From positions 1 through 38,219 of the forward strand of contig CAXMPL010000060.1 in assembly GCA_964195125.1 (NCBI GenBank): a DNA stretch of 38,219 bases, written 5' to 3'. This DNA is from an uncultured Kiloniellales bacterium. Its GTDB lineage: Bacteria > Actinomycetota > Acidimicrobiia > Spongiisociales > UBA5794. The notes beneath the pieces are model-generated. The model had not been told where the DNA came from. It saw only the letters and a program-made list of their open reading frames with translations, and did not search any database. Numbering within the stretch: the first letter of the stretch is position 1; each line of letters begins with the position of its first letter. The position numbers were made by a program, and so were the translations under genes. Positions 33,249-38,219 of this stretch are shown one piece after another.

Positions 33249-35390
33249 TCAGGCCCGACCGGCCGAGACCTCGTCCTCGCGGGTGCGGCCGGCGAGGAGG
33301 ATCAGGTCCTCGTGGAGCTCGAACCAGATGCTGTGATAGCTGTCGACTCTGGGAGAGGCGATATAGGCATTATCTCCGTCTGCGACCAGGCCCGCGGCGC
33401 GCTCCAGGCGCTCTAAGTAGTGGCCGAGTCGAGAGAGCCCGTCGCCAAGCGGCCGGAGCCATGCCTCAGCATCCTGGTGGACGGAGGCGAACTCTACGAG
33501 CACCGACCCGTCGTACGCTGCATCCGAGTGGTCGTTGAGTACCGGCTCGCCGTCGACCTCGCGCATCTGCCAAGCGGTGACGGTCTCCTTCATCCGGCCG
33601 TCGATCGGAAGGAAGTCGTCGAGGGCTTTCGAGGCATTCTCCACCCCCCAGTCCTCGCGATCGGCGGCGATCATCTCGGTGCCGACGGCTTTCCCGTCCG
33701 CGGTCAATTGGAACATGGCGCCGGTGAGCTCGGTCAGGCCATCCGCGGTCATCCGATCAAGAATGGCAGCCGTCTCCTCCTCCGTCTTCAGCAGCGCAGG
33801 GGCAAGCCCGTCGGGGGTGGCAAAGCCCTTGATCATCAGAGCCCGCACGGCCATATCGCCCGGCCGTCGGTCGTCCCCCGTGATGGTTTCGTCGTGTTCT
33901 GCCATGGTCGTATTCCTCTCCTTTGACCCACCCACGCTCACTCCGAGCTCCTGCGCCCAAGACCGAAGGATCGCCGCCTCGGGGACTATGGTCTCGCTCC
34001 CTGCAACCACGCCGACGAAGACTTTGCCGCGATCACCGTCGATGGTGAGCATGTCCCCGACGGCGAGGGTGTGATCGCCGATCGAGACGGTGCCGTCGCG
34101 GACTCGCACCGCTTCGGCTCCGACCACCGCCGGGATTCCCCACCCTCGCGCAACGACGGCCGCGTGGCTGGCAAGACCGCCAGTCGAGGTCAAGACCCCG
34201 GCGGCCTTTGCCATGCCGTGCACATCGTTGGGCGATGTCTCCCGGCGGACGAGGATGACACGCCGACCCGCTTCGGCCTTTTCGACGACGGCTTCCGGTC
34301 TGGTGGCGATCTCACCCGACGCTATCCCGGGAGAAGCCCCGAGGCCGGTCGCCGCCGGCTTGGCATCGGAAAACTGGTCAACAATCGTCAGCGGTGGGTC
34401 CTCCAGGAGGGCAGACACCCGTTCGATTGCCGCGGCGCGAGTGAGCGGAAAGCCTACGTCCTCGGCCATCTCAACCGCGATCCGGAGCGCCGCCTGTGGG
34501 CTGCGTTTGGCGATCCTCGTTTGCAACATCCACAGCCGGCCCTCTTCGATGGTGAACTCGATGTCGCAGACATCGGCGTAATGGCGCTCGAGCAGATCGG
34601 CGTATCCGCGCAGCTCCTCGGCTTCCTCCGGCATCCGCTCGTCGAGTGCGGCGATGCGTTCCGTTTGGTGCGTCCCGGCGACCACGTCCTCGCCCTGCGC
34701 CTGGAACATGACGTCGCCGTAGAGGCTCGCCTCTCCGGTGGCGGGGTTTCTGGTGAAGATCACACCGGTTGCCGAGTCGGGGCCCCGGTTCCCGAAGACC
34801 ATCGCCTGGACCGTGACCGCCGTCCCCAGGTCGTCGTTGATGTCCTCGTGAGCGCGGTAGCTGCGAGCCCGATCGCTGTTCCAGGAGCGAAAGACAGCCT
34901 CGATTGCGCCCCTGAGCTGTTGCCAGGGATCATCCGGAACCAGGTCGACGCCGACGATGTCTCTGTACATCGTCGATAAGCGGTTGCGACAGGCATCGAC
35001 GAAGGCGTCGTCCCCCGATAGCGCAGCCAGCCCCTCCGCCGTCGCGTCGTTGAGCCCGAGGTTCAAGATCGTGTCCATCATTCCCGGCATCGAGACCGGC
35101 GCCCCCGAGCGGACGCTCACCAGCAGCGGGTTTGTGGCGTCACCGAACCTCCATCCGACCGCCGCCTCGAGGAGACCAACGTGCTGACGGATCTCTTCGT
35201 CGAGCCCGTCGGGCCAGCCCTCGGCCAGATACGTGCGACACGCCGCGGTCGAGACCGTGAAGCCGGGAGGCACGGGGAGGTCAAGCTCGTTGGCCATGAC
35301 ACCGAGGTTGGCCGCCTTGCCACCGACGATCGCCGCAACCTCGGAGAGGGACGTGTCGTGAGCGTGATCAAGGGCGTAAACGTAGCTCAT
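33249..35390 (-). CDS. Pyruvate,phosphate-dikinase-like protein: ATP-grasp nucleotide domain plus swivel phospho-His domain, no PEP/pyruvate TIM barrel, unrelated ~220-aa C-terminal module
   Basis: aa 1-~480 are collinear with remembered Clostridium symbiosum PPDK: GGKAANLG, LLVSVRSGAPVSMPGMMDTILNLGLND, FRSWNSDRA, GTAVTVQAMVFGN, NPATGE, QGEDVVAG, FTIEEGRLWMLQTR, ILVRRETSPNDVHGM and TSTGGLASHAAVVARGWG (His409). After ~aa 485 the sequence has no resemblance to the TIM barrel. Confidence 0.85.
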   Translation of the reverse strand: MSYVYALDHAHDTSLSEVAAIVGGKAANLGVMANELDLPVPPGFTVSTAACRTYLAEGWPDGLDEEIRQHVGLLEAAVGWRFGDATNPLLVSVRSGAPVSMPGMMDTILNLGLNDATAEGLAALSGDDAFVDACRNRLSTMYRDIVGVDLVPDDPWQQLRGAIEAVFRSWNSDRARSYRAHEDINDDLGTAVTVQAMVFGNRGPDSATGVIFTRNPATGEASLYGDVMFQAQGEDVVAGTHQTERIAALDERMPEEAEELRGYADLLERHYADVCDIEFTIEEGRLWMLQTRIAKRSPQAALRIAVEMAEDVGFPLTRAAAIERVSALLEDPPLTIVDQFSDAKPAATGLGASPGIASGEIATRPEAVVEKAEAGRRVILVRRETSPNDVHGMAKAAGVLTSTGGLASHAAVVARGWGIPAVVGAEAVRVRDGTVSIGDHTLAVGDMLTIDGDRGKVFVGVVAGSETIVPEAAILRSWAQELGVSVGGSKERNTTMAEHDETITGDDRRPGDMAVRALMIKGFATPDGLAPALLKTEEETAAILDRMTADGLTELTGAMFQLTADGKAVGTEMIAADREDWGVENASKALDDFLPIDGRMKETVTAWQMREVDGEPVLNDHSDAAYDGSVLVEFASVHQDAEAWLRPLGDGLSRLGHYLERLERAAGLVADGDNAYIASPRVDSYHSIWFELHEDLILLAGRTREDEVSAGRA

Positions 35391-35524
35391 GACTCAGAGT
35401 ATTCCAGTAGCTGGTCGCAGAGCACCAGCGTGGCCGCGATCCCGGGTCGGTCATAGCCGCAGATATCATCTGAATTGAGCTATCTCTCGAGGAACGCTGG
35501 AGGCGATTGGGCGGTGATTCGGAG

Positions 35525-35554
35525 TTGACGGCGGGCCGTTCGATTACGTATCAT
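35525..35554 (+). promoter_or_regulatory. Candidate sigma-70-type promoter (TTGACG, 18 nt spacer, TATCAT) reading toward 35750
   Basis: Read directly in the most AT-rich stretch of the window, in the divergent 359-bp intergenic region. Confidence 0.35.
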
Positions 35555-35562
35555 CGATTATC

Positions 35563-35579
35563 GACTATCTATGATAGTC
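35563..35579. promoter_or_regulatory. Perfect palindrome GACTATC-TAT-GATAGTC, candidate operator for the downstream GntR regulator
   Basis: 7-bp arms with a 3-nt spacer, placed 9 nt after the candidate -10. GntR/FadR-family operators are typically short AT-rich palindromes. Confidence 0.35.
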
Positions 35580-35749
35580 AACCGAGAGGTAGCTCTGGAA
35601 TGATGCGCTTTTCTCACTGCGACCCGGGGTGGGAGTCATTCTCGCCCTCCTTGTCGTAGTCGCCAATTGGATCGAGCGCCATTCGGCGCGTCGAGGGCAG
35701 AGCTCTTCCGGGATGAGCCAGTGGCAGGGCACGAAGGAGGACGGAATTC

Positions 35750-37483
35750 ATGACCGATGCGATCATCAAACAAGACCTCGGCGACGACACATTCCCCGTC
35801 GAGTGGGCCTCCGAGGTAGAGCAAGGACTCTTTTGGGTCTACGACGATCTGCACTGCCCGCAGCCGTTATCTCCGATGTACTTCGACATCGGTGGCTGGT
35901 GGCTGACGTGTGACCACATGTTCCGGCGTTTCGGCACGCCGTTTGCGTCCGATTGGGTCGCCAAGAACGTCAACGGGTACCTGTACACCGCGGCCATCCC
36001 GGCGGATCCGGAGTTCAGGCTGGAGGCGATGGAGTACGGCAACGTGTACTTCCCGCGGGTACCGAGCACCGACCCGGAGTACGCCGCCAAGATCGGCAAC
36101 TACCTGAACGCCGTGCTTCCCACGTACGGGCTCAACTTCGCCAACTGGTGGCGGGAGCGCCTTGTTCCCGAGATGGACCGCAACCTGAAGTACCTCGAGT
36201 CGAAGATCGATATCTGGGACGAGATCCCGCTCATGGAGTGGGCCACGATCCTTGAGGATGCGATCGACATCCACGATCGCCATTGGAAGATCCACTGGAT
36301 GCTCAACTTCGCCCAACTGTCGGCGACGCTCAATCTCGCGGCCGTCACCGAAGAGGTGCGCGGCGACGTCGATGAGGCGCTGCTCGGGCGCCTGCAGAAC
36401 TCGGCGGCCGACCGGAACTGGGATTCGCTCGAAATGCTGTGGACGATGAAGGAAGAGGCCAAGAACAGCGATGTGCTCTCAGCGGCTTTCGACAACGACA
36501 ACGGTGCCGAGATCCTTGAGGCGCTGGGGAGCACCCCGGAGGGCCAGACGTTCCTCGATGAGCGAGTGACGGCCTGGCAGCGCGAATTCGGCTGGCATGC
36601 AGTGTGGAGCCATGAGTTCATCTTCCCCAGCCGGTTCGAAGAAGCGGGTCCGGTCCTCGACGTGCTCAAGGGGTACATCGAGGCGGACTACGACTACCCA
36701 TCAGCGGTGAAGGGACTGGCCGACGACATCGCGGCTGCGGCGGCGGAGCTGCTCGACGGCCTCGAGGGTGAAGACCTGGAGAAGCTGAAGGCAGCCAGCG
36801 ACATCAACCTGAAGATGGCGCCGCTGACCCCCGACCATCACTTCTACATCGATCAGGGCACCAACGCCCACCTGCGGGTGGTGCTGATCTGCATCGGTCG
36901 CAAGCTGGTCCAGGAGGGTGTGCTCGACGAGGAGGACGATGTCATCTTCCTGACCTACAACGAGCTGCGCTATTTGCTCGGCGATCTGGAGAACTTCGAT
37001 GCGCGGAGCATCGTCAAGGAGCGGCGCGCCGAGCGCGCTGAGCAGGAGGCGATCCGGCCACGCGACTGGATCGGGACCGCAACCGAATCCCAGCTCGAGT
37101 TCCCGTATCTGGGCCTGTGGGGTTTCCCGGAGAAGCTCTACATGGAACAGGAAGACGGCGCCGTCGTGACCGGCATCGCAGCCTCGCCAGGCGTGATCGA
37201 GGGCACGGCCAAAGTCGTGTTGTCGACGGAAGAGTTCGACCAGGTGAGCCCTGGCGACATCCTTGTCTGTCAGATGACCAACCCGGCGTGGACACCGCTG
37301 TTTAGTGTGATCAGCGGGATTGTCACCGATGCCGGCGGCACGGTATCTCACCCCGCGGTGATGGCCCGCGAGTTCGGCATCCCTGCGGTGATCGGTTGCT
37401 CGGTAGCGACGGTTCAGATCAAGACCGGCGACCGGTTGCGGGTCAACGGCTCGGCGGGAACCGTCGAGATTCTCGCCGGCTGA
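35750..37483 (+). CDS. PEP-utilising-enzyme mobile (swivel His) domain protein with large unknown N-terminal domain (PpsA / rifampin-phosphotransferase-like, no ATP-grasp)
   Basis: 577 aa with AAGGAGG 8 nt upstream of the ATG. The C-terminal ~100 aa (GIAASPGVIEGTAKVV..GDILVCQMTNPAWTPLF..IVTDAGGTVSHPAVMAREFGIPAVIG) are a swivel phospho-His domain. The N-terminal ~450 aa begin FPVEW...W.YDDLHCPQPLSPMY. Confidence 0.8.
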   Translation: MTDAIIKQDLGDDTFPVEWASEVEQGLFWVYDDLHCPQPLSPMYFDIGGWWLTCDHMFRRFGTPFASDWVAKNVNGYLYTAAIPADPEFRLEAMEYGNVYFPRVPSTDPEYAAKIGNYLNAVLPTYGLNFANWWRERLVPEMDRNLKYLESKIDIWDEIPLMEWATILEDAIDIHDRHWKIHWMLNFAQLSATLNLAAVTEEVRGDVDEALLGRLQNSAADRNWDSLEMLWTMKEEAKNSDVLSAAFDNDNGAEILEALGSTPEGQTFLDERVTAWQREFGWHAVWSHEFIFPSRFEEAGPVLDVLKGYIEADYDYPSAVKGLADDIAAAAAELLDGLEGEDLEKLKAASDINLKMAPLTPDHHFYIDQGTNAHLRVVLICIGRKLVQEGVLDEEDDVIFLTYNELRYLLGDLENFDARSIVKERRAERAEQEAIRPRDWIGTATESQLEFPYLGLWGFPEKLYMEQEDGAVVTGIAASPGVIEGTAKVVLSTEEFDQVSPGDILVCQMTNPAWTPLFSVISGIVTDAGGTVSHPAVMAREFGIPAVIGCSVATVQIKTGDRLRVNGSAGTVEILAG

Positions 37484-38205
37484 TGACGAGCGACTCCACG
37501 ATCGAGCCGTCTGGGGCGCTCGTCGAGCGCACTGTGCTCAGCGATCAGGTGAAGGACCGCCTGCTCGAACGAATCGTGAGCGGTGAGTTGGAGCCCGGGT
37601 CTCGCATCGTCGAGACCCGGGTCGCTCGCGAGTTCGGCATCAGCCAGGCACCGGTGCGCGAAGCCTTGAGATCGCTGGCAAGCCTTGGGCTCGTTGAGAT
37701 GCGTCCCCATCGGGGAGCTTGGGTTCGAAAGCCTGATCAGGACGAGCTGGTCGAAGCGGTCCAGGTGCGTGGTGTCCTCGAGGCGTTTGCTGCCGAGCAG
37801 GCGGCGGCGACGATCTCAGACGAGGTCATCCTCGACCTGGAGCGATTGCTCGACGAGATGCTCGACCTTGCTGCCGAAGGCGACGCCCTCACCCAGGCTC
37901 ACAAGAACGCAGAGTTCCACGCCCTGGTGGTATCGGCGGCGGGGAACGCGATGCTCGAACGAACCTGGAAGCTGCTTGAGCCGTTCAGCCAGACCTACCT
38001 CACCTCGTCCGCGCCCGGGGTCGATCTGATGTGGCTGGCGAAGCGGCACCAGGGAATCGTCGATGCTCTAAGGGCTCACGACCCGGAAGCCGCTTCGGTG
38101 GTGATGCGCCAGCACCTGGAGCAGGCTGCAGAGATCACGAGGAGGCTGGCGCAGGAAGACGAGCACGCTTTGAAGGCGACGGCTGAACATGACCGACCCA
38201 GATGA
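37483..38205 (+). CDS. GntR-family transcriptional regulator, FadR/FCD subfamily
   Basis: Start reset to ATG 37483 (TGATG overlap with the upstream stop). The winged HTH is LSDQVKDRLLERIVSGELEPGSRIVETRVAREFGISQAPVREALRSL. The C-terminal domain is all-helical and FCD-like. ATGA at 38202 suggests a further coupled gene leaving the window. Confidence 0.88.
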   Translation: MTSDSTIEPSGALVERTVLSDQVKDRLLERIVSGELEPGSRIVETRVAREFGISQAPVREALRSLASLGLVEMRPHRGAWVRKPDQDELVEAVQVRGVLEAFAAEQAAATISDEVILDLERLLDEMLDLAAEGDALTQAHKNAEFHALVVSAAGNAMLERTWKLLEPFSQTYLTSSAPGVDLMWLAKRHQGIVDALRAHDPEAASVVMRQHLEQAAEITRRLAQEDEHALKATAEHDRPR

Positions 38206-38219
38206 AGACGGCCGGCCGC

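Noticed and set aside
35629-35913. 94-aa plus-strand ORF with a hydrophobic N-terminus in the divergent region.
   Set aside because: It overlaps, out of frame, the well-supported 35750 gene, which has a consensus SD. Its C-terminal two thirds are Arg-rich shadow sequence.
38202-38219. Possible next CDS starting at ATGA 38202 (MKTAGR...).
   Set aside because: Only 18 nt are visible. The overlap geometry is suggestive but not enough to call a feature.

Overview
Visibly GC-rich, densely coding chromosomal segment (GC not computed). It is most plausibly from an Actinomycetota genome, because it carries mycothiol S-conjugate amidase Mca, an LLM-class F420-type oxidoreductase and alpha-methylacyl-CoA racemase; the phylum call is inference. 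I support 34 protein-coding genes plus one short gene remnant. I found no rRNA, tRNA, CRISPR array, transposase or integrase. Many long ORFs in the supplied track are antisense shadow ORFs, or N-terminal over-extensions that run across a divergent neighbour. I re-set six starts by hand: 16666, 18478, 18669, 21759, 27605 and 37483. Gene content in order: two tandem VanW-family paralogs (the complete copy ends in a PASTA domain), a Cas4-like Fe-S PD-(D/E)XK nuclease, mca, two tandem P-loop GTPases translationally coupled to an MscS channel, a DAGK-type lipid kinase, a PRTase, an orphan receiver domain, P5C dehydrogenase, a secreted thermonuclease-LTD lipoprotein, SDR, LLM, SDR and MaoC redox genes, two divergent PQQ-type sugar dehydrogenase lipoproteins, ribokinase, nucleoside hydrolase, a KNTase-like nucleotidyltransferase, a DHA2 MFS pump, a lipoprotein, a four-gene nurA-herA-sbcD-sbcC block, mcr, an MhpD-like hydratase, and a divergent dikinase-like locus with a GntR regulator. 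The best candidates for something new are four. (1) The divergent locus at 32.5-38.2 kb: a PPDK-like ATP-grasp plus swivel-His protein has lost the PEP/pyruvate TIM barrel and carries an unrelated C-terminal module with an embedded SD-ATG at the junction; it faces a second swivel-His protein with a large unknown N-domain and a coupled GntR regulator. (2) The archaeal-style nurA-herA-mre11-rad50 operon, whose HerA has a deviant Walker A. (3) The GTPase-GTPase-MscS operon. (4) A genome-specific layer of intergenic heptanucleotide tandem repeats plus a mosaic array of GC-rich hairpin (REP-like) elements.
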